56,845 nucleotides of DNA from Oligoflexales bacterium (GTDB lineage: Bacteria > Bdellovibrionota_B > Oligoflexia > Oligoflexales > RGVZ01), in contig JBIIGV010000004.1 of NCBI GenBank assembly GCA_044236265.1, positions 1 through 56,845 on the forward strand, read 5' to 3'. Positions 37,465 to 48,447 of the stretch are shown here, piece by piece; positions within the stretch are counted from its first letter, which is position 1, and each line of letters begins with the position of its first letter. The notes below the pieces were generated by a model. It was not told where the DNA came from. It did not search any database and saw only the letters and a list, made by a program, of their open reading frames with translations. A program made the position numbers and the translations under genes.

Positions 37465-37761
37465 TCAAGGGCCATCGTCGGATCGTCCACGTTGAGCTGC
37501 CAAAAATGCAGCCTGACGAGCCTTGTTGATCATTTCAAGTATGACTGACGAATTCTGCAGGTAAAACAGAATCTCATCGCGAACGATCTTTTCATGTTCG
37601 CCAGGGGTGACCTGGAAGATATGTAAACCCTTCAGATGCTTGATAGTAATCTCAACCAGTTGCTCTGGCTTAATGGGCCAGTCATCGAATATACGGCGAG
37701 CCGATTTCGTCGCCATCACCTGCATGACAAAAACTTCGATTGGTATTTTCTCAGTATTCAT
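37465..37761 (-). CDS. Hypothetical protein
   Basis: 98-aa ORF co-oriented with its neighbours and preceded by an SD-like AAGG/GGTGG. Confidence 0.6.
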   Translation of the reverse strand: MNTEKIPIEVFVMQVMATKSARRIFDDWPIKPEQLVEITIKHLKGLHIFQVTPGEHEKIVRDEILFYLQNSSVILEMINKARQAAFLAAQRGRSDDGP

Positions 37762-37779
37762 GAATCCACCGGCCTTCGA

Positions 37780-38019
37780 TCAGCGCGGCAGACGGCTGGA
37801 AACAGGTCTCGCAGGCGCAGGCGACTGAATTCCGTGCTGAATCATCCGATCACCTGCAGCTTTAAGTGTTCGACTCGTCTCAAAAAACTCATAAAGAGTA
37901 TCCACCAGTCCTCGCATAGATTCCGGACTTAAGACAAACCCAAATTTGGACTGACTGGCATGGCTAGTAATCATTTCCTCAAGCGCCATCCTAGTGGCCG
38001 ATTCCATCGCTCCGCGCAT
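37780..38019 (-). CDS. Hypothetical protein
   Basis: About 80-aa helical ORF; AGGGGA precedes ATG 38019. Confidence 0.6.
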   Translation of the reverse strand: MRGAMESATRMALEEMITSHASQSKFGFVLSPESMRGLVDTLYEFFETSRTLKAAGDRMIQHGIQSPAPARPVSSRLPR

Positions 38020-38309
38020 TGTTGTCCCCCTATTCAAGTAGACCTACTTAATTGTCACACAAGGGGGCTTCGAATGCGACTATGGTGGCTCTCCCTTATT
38101 ACGCTAACCTTATGAAAATACTGATTTTTTAACCATTTCTTGCTGTTTATTAAAATAAATCCTTTAGGCTTTCCCAAAAAAACCGAAAACCCCCTAAGGA
38201 TCAGGATTGTTACCTGGTCACTCCTTAAGGAGTTGTCGCGTGGAGTGGATGATCAAAACCATCATTCTATTTTGCATCTGGCTTTGGGTGCACGGACCCC
38301 TTATCGGCT

Positions 38310-38349
38310 AAAAGAAAAAGGCGGGATTACATCCCGCCCTTTTTCTTTT
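38310..38349. terminator. Rho-independent terminator of the act operon (potentially bidirectional)
   Basis: AAAAGAAAAAG-GCGGGAT-TAC-ATCCCGC-CCTTTTTCTTTT, about 20 nt after the actF stop. Confidence 0.85.
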
Positions 38350-38370
38350 CATCTGATACCAATCAAAACA

Positions 38371-39627
38371 TCAGTGATGAGCTTCTGCAAGCGAGGCGTG
38401 CAAAAGAGGATCAGCAACAGCGACCATCGGATTGCGACGACCAAAAGCAAAAACACTTGCTAAGAAGAGGCCGAAGACCCCAAAGAAGACGCCGAGCTCT
38501 ATGTAAGGAAGTCCCATTCCCTTCTCGCCGACAACCTCAGGCATCACCACGAGCATGTAAGTGAACCATTGAGCAACCAAAATCCCAGTAGCAATCGGAA
38601 CTGCAATCATCTTCGTCCACTTACTTGCCTTTGGAATCAGGCCGTAAAGCGGAATTATAAAGCTAACCAGAGGTGCAATCACCACAATGTAGCTCCACGG
38701 AGCATGCAAACGATGAATAAAGTACTCTGTCTCCTCTGGCATGTTGCCATACCAGTATGTCAGCACATGCGCGTAGGTCAGGTACGCAAAGAATATCGTA
38801 AAACCATGCATCAACTTACCAACATCATGAAACTGCTGACGCTGAATATACTGACCAATCGCGGTGCTTTTTAGTGACCACATAGTGATCATCAGAGACG
38901 CCATCAGAGTCTGCATCATCACTGCAAATAACCAGCCGCCCCACAAAGTTGAGAACCAGGTTGGTGCCAAAGCCATAAGCAAATCGAAGGCCAGCAATGA
39001 AAACATTAATGAATAAACCACGAGAATAGGAGCGCTCCAATAACGAAGCGTATCACGCACCTTCTCACCCATTTTGTGCGCTTCGTCTTTGTTTCCGGCA
39101 ACAAACACTCGATCGCGCGCAGTCTTCATCCCGATTTGCCAGTAAACCAAACCAACAATTACAGCGACTGCTGCAATGTCACGAATAACCCAAAAATTCT
39201 CGACCAGCCAGGTGCGTTTGCCCCAGAAGTGATGAATAGAGTCGGGTTCCTGAATCCATGAATACAATCCCTGAGCACCGCCAACATTAAACTTCACGCA
39301 TAGAATAATGGCGATGAAAAGCGCTCCAGCAATCGGGACAAAACTAGTAAACGACTCATGAATTCTCATGATGGGGCGTCCCCATTTCGCTCCGATCACA
39401 TCCTGCATCGCTGCAAACGCTGATCCACCGAGAGCCAACGCAAAAAAGAAAAACGTGTTGAAGAGCAGTGCCCCCCAAGTGCGCGTTTGCTCTCCAGTCG
39501 ATAATCCAAGTGCAAATACAGCAACTCCAATTATCAAAAATAAGGAAACCGCACCCCGCGTCATGGAGTTTGAAGGCAGGTAAAAGCTTTGACGCTGATC
39601 ATATAATTCGTGGTGACCGTGGCTCAT
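38371..39627 (-). CDS. actF: Alternative complex III subunit F
   Basis: About 10 TM helices, WFSTLWG, HDVGKLMHGF and YWYGNMPEET; last gene of the act cluster. Confidence 0.88.
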   Translation of the reverse strand: MSHGHHELYDQRQSFYLPSNSMTRGAVSLFLIIGVAVFALGLSTGEQTRTWGALLFNTFFFFALALGGSAFAAMQDVIGAKWGRPIMRIHESFTSFVPIAGALFIAIILCVKFNVGGAQGLYSWIQEPDSIHHFWGKRTWLVENFWVIRDIAAVAVIVGLVYWQIGMKTARDRVFVAGNKDEAHKMGEKVRDTLRYWSAPILVVYSLMFSLLAFDLLMALAPTWFSTLWGGWLFAVMMQTLMASLMITMWSLKSTAIGQYIQRQQFHDVGKLMHGFTIFFAYLTYAHVLTYWYGNMPEETEYFIHRLHAPWSYIVVIAPLVSFIIPLYGLIPKASKWTKMIAVPIATGILVAQWFTYMLVVMPEVVGEKGMGLPYIELGVFFGVFGLFLASVFAFGRRNPMVAVADPLLHASLAEAHH

Positions 39628-40205
39628 TTAGATTCCCCCTGCAATTTCCTCAGATAATGCACGATGGCCCAACGTTCGTGAGATGCGATCGCATGTCCAT
39701 AACCGGGCATGATATTCGCACCAAAGGTTATGCGGTAGTAGAAGAAACCATCGGCGCGCTTCTTATAAATGTCTGCTGTGATATCGGGTGGCCTCGGGTA
39801 CAGATCCGTAATTGATCCATCACCTTTAGCTGCGGCACCATGACACGGGATACAGTAGGTGTTGTACATCTTCTCACCAAGAGCCATCACGTCAGGATCA
39901 CTCTGAAGTGGGTTTTTCAGATTAGCCTCTGCTTCTTCAACCGTCTTCGGGTAAAGAATGCTGTTTGTCGCTACAGAGCCCTCGGGTGGTTCAAGGTAAT
40001 TTTCTTGGGGCTTCATCGTCGGCGCATCGGCCATATCAGGAACATACTGGATTTTTGGGATGCTTTTGTCACCCCCGAGAAGCTTCGCAATAGCTCCAGG
40101 AAGGCCGGTATGTTCCACCGGGTTCCCCGACTTCATGCACGAAACGACTGACAAGACCAGAGTCGTTGCTGTCAGTGCACCAATCATTGATTTCGAAATT
40201 TTCAT
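39624..40205 (-). CDS. actE: Alternative complex III monoheme cytochrome c lipoprotein
   Basis: VVSC lipobox, YVPDM, PPEGSV, CIPCH, MPGY and ERWAIVHY. Confidence 0.88.
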   Translation of the reverse strand: MKISKSMIGALTATTLVLSVVSCMKSGNPVEHTGLPGAIAKLLGGDKSIPKIQYVPDMADAPTMKPQENYLEPPEGSVATNSILYPKTVEEAEANLKNPLQSDPDVMALGEKMYNTYCIPCHGAAAKGDGSITDLYPRPPDITADIYKKRADGFFYYRITFGANIMPGYGHAIASHERWAIVHYLRKLQGESK

Positions 40206-40236
40206 TAGGTGTGATCTCCTAAATTCATCAGCTCAA

Positions 40237-40749
40237 TTAGCGAGTGGCCTTGATTTCAACTGCGCCAGCTTCTTTAAGAAGCTTAGCCTGTGGACCATCC
40301 ACAACAGCGCCAGGAACCCAAATTCCAAACATGTCATCTGTGAGTCGGCTATCAAGGATTTTCACTTTTGGATTCGGCATGCGGCACATAACGAGGACAC
40401 CCGCAACAGTAGCGATCGCACCAAACAAAATTGTGAATTCAAAGCCAAGTACCACATAAGCCGGAAGCGAGAAAATACCAGGCATTTTGCCGCCAACAAC
40501 TACTGGCCAATCCCAATCACACAACAATGCCAAAGCGAATCCGGTCACGGTTCCTGTCATCGCGCCGACAAATGTAAACCAGCGCACAGGACTAGGAGAA
40601 AACGCGCAAGCATGCTCAATTTCGTGGTACGAGGTGGGACTATAGACCTCGTGATCTTTAAAATCCGTGCGTCCTTTGACCTTTTCGACGGCGTGACACA
40701 CGGTGTCCAAATGTTTAAAAATCGCAAGAATACCGTTTTGCTGACTCAT
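40237..40749 (-). CDS. actD: Alternative complex III subunit D (DUF3341)
   Basis: YSP, two TM helices, DWPVVVGGK, FEFTILF and RLTDDMFG. Confidence 0.88.
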   Translation of the reverse strand: MSQQNGILAIFKHLDTVCHAVEKVKGRTDFKDHEVYSPTSYHEIEHACAFSPSPVRWFTFVGAMTGTVTGFALALLCDWDWPVVVGGKMPGIFSLPAYVVLGFEFTILFGAIATVAGVLVMCRMPNPKVKILDSRLTDDMFGIWVPGAVVDGPQAKLLKEAGAVEIKATR

Positions 40750-40752
40750 AAC

Positions 40753-42099
40753 TCAGTGTCCTCCCTTGCCGTGACCGCTAAGTGGTTTAGGCATAATGAG
40801 TTTGATCTCCGACAACGAAACGATCGGGAAAAACTTACAGAAGAGAAGGAAGAACATATTGAATAGACCAAAGCTTCCGATCGTTAGTCCAATTTCCCAC
40901 AAACCTGGTTCAGCATGTCCCCATGAACCTGGCAGGAAGTCTTCAATCAAAGAGGAAATGATAATGTTGTAGCGCTCGAACCACATGCCAACGTTAATGA
41001 GTACGCAAACGACATAAGAGACAACCATGTTGTAACGCATTTTCTTAGACCACCAGATCAGCGGGAAAATACAGTTACAAGCAACCATCGTCCAGAAGTA
41101 GAACGCGTAAGGACCAGCAGCACGTTTTTGGAAAATAGCCCACTCATATGGGTTACCGGAATACCATGCGACGAAGAACTCGATGCCGTATGCGTAGAAT
41201 ACGATCGTGGACGTCAGAAGCGTTAGCTTGATACACGCCTCCAAGTGATCTGCACGAATGAATTTCTCAAGTCCGAACATCCAACGAATGGGAACGAGAA
41301 GCGTATAAACCATCGCACAACCAGACAAGATCGCTCCCGCAACGAAGTAAGGGGGAAAGATCGTGGTATGCCAGCCTGGCTGAATCGACATCGCAAAGTC
41401 CCAGGATACGATGGAGTGTACGGAAAGTACGAGTGGCGTTGCCAAAGCAGCAAGGAAGCCGTAACCCGTCTCATAGTGATGCCATTGACGGGCTGTTCCA
41501 CGCCAACCAAATGACAGCAATCCGTAAACAACTTTCTTGAAGCCAGAAACTCGGTCACGAATGGATGCCAGGTCAGGAACAAGTCCGATGTACCAGAACA
41601 ATAAGGATGTGGTGAAATAAGTTGAAATCGCACAAACGTCCCAGAAAAGCGGGGACCGGAAGTTCACCCAAAGGTTGTTTGTGTTCGGAAGCGGAAGGGC
41701 CCAGTAGGCACCCAAGTACATGCGCCCCATGTGAATCAAGGGGAATACCGCCGCACAAATAACAGCGAAAATTGTCATCGCCTCGGCAGATCTGTTAACC
41801 GTATTACGCCACTGCGCGCGGAACAAGAATAAGATCGCAGAAATCAGGGTCCCGGCGTGACCAATACCAACCCAAAATACGAAGTTGGTGATATCTACCA
41901 GCCAATATGTCGGAGGAGCAAAACCCGTCCAAACACCAAGACCTACGACTGTATGGTAGCCAACCATGGTCAGGAACATCAAAACGCAGGCGACCGAAAC
42001 CGCTAGCGCTACATAATACATCTTATGTGGCCGTTCCAAGTTGACGAGAATCTCGTTATTCACGTCCGATATTGTTTTTTCCCACTTGATTTCACTCAT
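40753..42099 (-). CDS. actC: Alternative complex III NrfD-like quinol-binding subunit C
   Basis: ITNFVFWVGIGHAGTLISA, RSAEAMT, NFRSPLFWD, SVHSIVSWDF and WHTTIFPPYFVAGA. Confidence 0.94.
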   Translation of the reverse strand: MSEIKWEKTISDVNNEILVNLERPHKMYYVALAVSVACVLMFLTMVGYHTVVGLGVWTGFAPPTYWLVDITNFVFWVGIGHAGTLISAILFLFRAQWRNTVNRSAEAMTIFAVICAAVFPLIHMGRMYLGAYWALPLPNTNNLWVNFRSPLFWDVCAISTYFTTSLLFWYIGLVPDLASIRDRVSGFKKVVYGLLSFGWRGTARQWHHYETGYGFLAALATPLVLSVHSIVSWDFAMSIQPGWHTTIFPPYFVAGAILSGCAMVYTLLVPIRWMFGLEKFIRADHLEACIKLTLLTSTIVFYAYGIEFFVAWYSGNPYEWAIFQKRAAGPYAFYFWTMVACNCIFPLIWWSKKMRYNMVVSYVVCVLINVGMWFERYNIIISSLIEDFLPGSWGHAEPGLWEIGLTIGSFGLFNMFFLLFCKFFPIVSLSEIKLIMPKPLSGHGKGGH

Positions 42100-42155
42100 G
42101 AACCTATTCTCCAGGAAAACTACTGTTAAGAAGCACTCAGGTTTCCAAATTCAGA

Positions 42156-45100
42156 TCACTGCGGACTGGCCTCTTGAGCCGGCGCCCCTTGAGGCGCAGG
42201 TTGCGACGCCGCGGGAGCACTATCATGGGCGGCTGGTGCGTCATGACTTGAGGTTGGTGCCTCGCCATGCTTTCCAGCTGACGCATGATCCTTACCATGC
42301 CCTGACCCATGACCCTCTTCACCGGTTCCAAGCGGTTCACGATGAGCGACGACAGCCATGTAACTGACGTTTGGTAGCGTCTTGATACCAAATTCTCTCT
42401 TATTGGGATCACCACCAAGAGCCAGGTACGAACGTGCTTCGTTACGCTCAAGACTGACGCGACTGCCTTGGTCTTTCAGGTTACCAAAGGTGATAGCATC
42501 ACTTGGACAAACCTGAGCACACGCCGTCATGACCTCCAAGTCACGAACACTTCTGTTTTGCTCTTTGGCTGAGTACTTCGCCTGACGAAGACGCTGCACA
42601 CAGAAGTTACATTTTTCCATAACCCCACGCGTACGAACGGTGACTTCCGGGTTCAGCGCACGGGGCATACGGTCCTGAGGACGATCACCCATTACGCCCC
42701 ATTTGTGTGTCCACCAGTTGAAACGACGAACTTTGTACGGACAGGCGTTAGCGCAGTAACGGGTTCCGATGCAACGGTTGTACGTCATCGAGTTAATGCC
42801 CTCTGGGTCGTGGCTGGTCGCAATAACCGGGCAAACTGCCTCGCAAGGAGCATGAGTACACTGCTGACACATCATTGGCTGATAAGTCACCTGCGGGTTG
42901 TCGACATCACCGGCAAAGTATCGATCAAGTCGAATCCAGTGCATTTCACGACCCAACAGAATCTGCTCACGACCTACTTGCGGAACGTTGTTCTCGATAG
43001 CACACGCCGCCATACAGGCACCGCAACCAGAGCACTTTGTCAGGTCGATCGACATACCCCAGCGGTACTGAGCGTTCTGATCCTCAACGAGCGCTGGATA
43101 GAGATCAGGAACATCATCAAGACTGAGTTTACGCTTGTAGGTTTGAACTTCATCGATGGAATACTTTTTGATGATGCCTGTGCGATTACCAATATCATGG
43201 CTCTTCTGCATGGCAGCCAAACGATAGATCTCTCCGGTTTTAGTGATCTTAACCGGCTGTCCTGAGGTCACGGGAGCTTTAATGGCGCCATCACTCAGCT
43301 TAGATGCAAGTGTCAAAGGATCAACACCCACATCACCTTGGATCACACCGGAAGACTTTTTGTGACCATTTCCGCGGTTGACAATAACCGCATCGGCATG
43401 AATTCCCGGCAACGGATAGAGAGCCACTTTCAATGAGCCCGCGTCGGTCTCGATTAAAAGTAGATCATTTCGCTTAAAGCCCATTTTAGCCGCTGTGTTT
43501 GGATTCATCGCGACCCAGCTATCCCAAGCGATTGTCGTCATAGAGTCGCCAATCTCTTGAAGAATCGGCTTGTCAGCACCCCGACCATCTCCCAAACGAG
43601 GGTCCAGAGGAGCAAGCAGTCGCGGACCTTTTGCTGTTGCCACCTCGGCAACTTTGAAACCTGAAGCTACAGGTTTTACTGAGGGCGCTGGACGAGTTTC
43701 AAGTTTGCCGCCAAAGCCTTTGCGCAAGATCGCTTTAACAAAGGTTTCATAGTCGACACCCTTGGCATCGACCAAGTTCATGAGAACTTTCCACTTATCA
43801 TTCAGATAAGCACGATAGTCTTGATAGCCTAAACTTTTCTTCTGAGCCGCTAACAACCACAAGAAGATGTCTTCGGCTTGTCGCGTGTCTTTTACAGGAC
43901 GTACAACCGGCTGACGCACAGACCAGAAACCAGCAACTGGATGCTCGTCGCCCCAACTTTCGAGAGTGTGATTAATTGGCAAAATCACATGAGCATAGTC
44001 ATCCATTTCGACCGGAGATGACTGCATGCTAATGAGCATCGGAATTTTCTTCACCACGTCTGCAAAACCAAACGAGGCAGGGACAGTAAACACGGGATTG
44101 GTGTCAATGAAGAATACCGCATCGTACTTGCCAGCATTTTCCATAAAGCGGGCCAAGTCACCGGTACGCACTGGAGAACGCATCCAACCACGATCAATGA
44201 ACAACGTTTTGCCGTAGGCTCCGATCATATCGTTGATCAGGGCTGCAGCAACTTGAAGCATTGTAGCGTTTTGATCAAATGCGGTGTTACCTGCGAAAAC
44301 AATCGACGGCGCTTTAAGCAGCTCTTCAGCGACATGGTCAAACACGTCCTTAGACACGCCCACCAATTCGTATCCACCACTGACTAATGATGCGTTATCA
44401 GCGAGAATACGGTTAGCCTGTTCTTTGCTTGCGCCTGAAACATTCTTCTCAATGAGAGATTTCATCAAAAGTAGAGCAACGACAATTTCGCTCGATGGCG
44501 GAACAACGTGACGCTCATCGGCTTTCGCTCCAGTCTGAGTCATCATGCTCTCAAACTGAATGAATTTTCCGAAGTCCGCTCCTGCACGGTAGGTGTGAAA
44601 GCCACCAAAGTTTTTCGCGTAGAATACTGGCGAGACACCAACATCCAAGAAGTCAGTTCCTAGGCCAACAATAACCTTGGCAAGGCGCATATCAGGGCGA
44701 GGCATACACTCGTAGCCGAATACCATTTGGTGGGCTTCTGAGATTGCTTCGTAGAGCGAGTTGGACTCATAGGTGTAAAGATCATTTTCCGATCCACCCA
44801 TTTTCTTCAGTACGTCTTCGTAGAATGAATTACGCGAACCAGTAGACCCACCCGTGAATACCGCTACTTTCTTGCCCTCAAGGCGCTTGGCAAGAGTTTC
44901 ATACATGTCATTCCACGCGTAGGTCGAAAGCCTTCCACCTTCGACAAAGCCCGGGGCTGTGCGACGCTCTGGATGGAATAGGCCCTGCAAGCTTGCCTGA
45001 CCTGTTGCACATGTCGAGCCTTGGCTGAGCGGATGCTCAGGATTGCCCTCGATCTTAACGGGAAGTCCAGACGATGTTTTAACGGTGATACCGCAACCGG

Positions 45101-45521
45101 ACGCGCACTCACCACATGTCGTAGCGAAGTAGGTCGGAAGACCGACCGTGTAATCGACAGGCTGATTGACGTATGGAACAGCTTTTTCAAGCGGACGGCG
45201 GATACAAGCAGCAGAACTGGCAACAGCCGCAGCGGAGAAGAGCTTCAGAAAGTCGCGACGATCAACGCCTGTCTTTGCCAGAGCCTCATCCCCTGAACTC
45301 ATCGGAGCATCAGTTGAGTCCACTTCAGGCATCACCTCTTCCACTCCCATGTAGAGTGGGCCCTTTTCGATCACTTTGGCTGGCGCTTCGAGAGGACCAT
45401 CAGCGGGGGCATAAACCTCAGGCCCGCGTTCAGTCATCGTGTAGCCAGGAATCGAAGCAATAGCCGTTTGGCGTTTCGGCGTGTTGCTGTGGGAATCTGT
45501 GTCCATTTGATCTTTGTTCAT
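42156..45521 (-). CDS. actB: Alternative complex III subunit B (molybdopterin-oxidoreductase-like + Fe-S)
   Basis: Internal Tat motif RRDFLK then Cys, KIEGNPEHP, and Fe-S motifs CSGCGAC, CQQC..APCEAVCP, CIGTRYCANACP and CNFC. Confidence 0.93.
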   Translation of the reverse strand: MNKDQMDTDSHSNTPKRQTAIASIPGYTMTERGPEVYAPADGPLEAPAKVIEKGPLYMGVEEVMPEVDSTDAPMSSGDEALAKTGVDRRDFLKLFSAAAVASSAACIRRPLEKAVPYVNQPVDYTVGLPTYFATTCGECASGCGITVKTSSGLPVKIEGNPEHPLSQGSTCATGQASLQGLFHPERRTAPGFVEGGRLSTYAWNDMYETLAKRLEGKKVAVFTGGSTGSRNSFYEDVLKKMGGSENDLYTYESNSLYEAISEAHQMVFGYECMPRPDMRLAKVIVGLGTDFLDVGVSPVFYAKNFGGFHTYRAGADFGKFIQFESMMTQTGAKADERHVVPPSSEIVVALLLMKSLIEKNVSGASKEQANRILADNASLVSGGYELVGVSKDVFDHVAEELLKAPSIVFAGNTAFDQNATMLQVAAALINDMIGAYGKTLFIDRGWMRSPVRTGDLARFMENAGKYDAVFFIDTNPVFTVPASFGFADVVKKIPMLISMQSSPVEMDDYAHVILPINHTLESWGDEHPVAGFWSVRQPVVRPVKDTRQAEDIFLWLLAAQKKSLGYQDYRAYLNDKWKVLMNLVDAKGVDYETFVKAILRKGFGGKLETRPAPSVKPVASGFKVAEVATAKGPRLLAPLDPRLGDGRGADKPILQEIGDSMTTIAWDSWVAMNPNTAAKMGFKRNDLLLIETDAGSLKVALYPLPGIHADAVIVNRGNGHKKSSGVIQGDVGVDPLTLASKLSDGAIKAPVTSGQPVKITKTGEIYRLAAMQKSHDIGNRTGIIKKYSIDEVQTYKRKLSLDDVPDLYPALVEDQNAQYRWGMSIDLTKCSGCGACMAACAIENNVPQVGREQILLGREMHWIRLDRYFAGDVDNPQVTYQPMMCQQCTHAPCEAVCPVIATSHDPEGINSMTYNRCIGTRYCANACPYKVRRFNWWTHKWGVMGDRPQDRMPRALNPEVTVRTRGVMEKCNFCVQRLRQAKYSAKEQNRSVRDLEVMTACAQVCPSDAITFGNLKDQGSRVSLERNEARSYLALGGDPNKREFGIKTLPNVSYMAVVAHREPLGTGEEGHGSGHGKDHASAGKHGEAPTSSHDAPAAHDSAPAASQPAPQGAPAQEASPQ

Positions 45522-45564
45522 TTTGTCTCGACCCTCGTTTTATTCGATGTCAAAAATCATTTAA

Positions 45565-46134
45565 TCAGTAGTGACAAGCGATGCAGTCCAAAGGTGCATT
45601 ACGCTCTTTGTGACAGCCAATACACCACCCCATTTGAAGTGGTGCGCCCTGCTCAAGAACTTCCATTTCTTCAACCTTGCCGTGGCACTCCTGACAAGCA
45701 AGTCCCGCACCGCCTTGATCTTTGCTCTGAACGTGACGCTTGTGAGGGAATCTTACGAAATCAGGAAGGTCGTGAACCTTGACCCACTCAATGGGTTGGT
45801 TCTTGTTGTAAGCTTCTGTGATCTTTTTGATCGGTTCCTTATCGGTACGAACAACTTTGTGACAACCCATGCAGGTGTTTGTTGATGGTATACCGGAGGA
45901 GAAGGAGCGACGAGCGCTAGAGTGGCAGTATTCGCAAGGGATTTTGCGGTCGCCGGCATGGAGTTTGTGACTAAAAGGAATCGGTTGTTCTGGTTTGTAA
46001 CCAACGTTATCAACCGTATCTCCTGGGGTCCAAAACCACCATGCATAGGTCACGTCTGCATGACCTGCAAATGCCAAAATGGCCGCAAACATGAACGCTT
46101 TAAGACAATAAATCTTTGAAATGGATTTCAACAC
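45565..46134 (-). CDS. actA: Alternative complex III pentaheme cytochrome c
   Basis: PEQPIPFSHKLH and five CxxCH (CEYCH, CMGCH, CQECH, CIGCH, CIACH); GTG start after GAGG/AGGAGG. Confidence 0.92.
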   Translation of the reverse strand: MLKSISKIYCLKAFMFAAILAFAGHADVTYAWWFWTPGDTVDNVGYKPEQPIPFSHKLHAGDRKIPCEYCHSSARRSFSSGIPSTNTCMGCHKVVRTDKEPIKKITEAYNKNQPIEWVKVHDLPDFVRFPHKRHVQSKDQGGAGLACQECHGKVEEMEVLEQGAPLQMGWCIGCHKERNAPLDCIACHY

Positions 46135-46198
46135 GTTTCCTCGCCTCCTGAATCGTCGGGGAGATATTCAGACAATTGCCAACCCACTAAAGGGATGA

Positions 46199-46218
46199 TG
46201 AACTTACAAAAAAGTTCA
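46199..46218. promoter_or_regulatory. Inverted repeat, putative operator upstream of actA
   Basis: TGAACTT-N6-AAGTTCA with perfect 7-bp arms. Confidence 0.35.
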
Positions 46219-46392
46219 CAAACACAATCACACAACGAAAACTTGGAGCTAACATGATAAAGTGTTTAGGAGGCCTTCACAATACAAAAAGTCGTGTGAA
46301 GTTAGCCTGTTTTGTTGGCAAGCGAACGGGCTTGTGACTAGTTTTTAGACACGTTAAAGAATCATTGATTGCAGAATATGAGTAGGACTCGA

Positions 46393-48443
<2,051 letters not shown>

Positions 48444-48447
<4 letters not shown>

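Noticed and set aside
40060..40866. 268-aa plus-strand ORF
   Set aside because: Antisense shadow of actC/actD/actE with no motifs. The other short overlapping ORFs in the track were rejected for the same reason.
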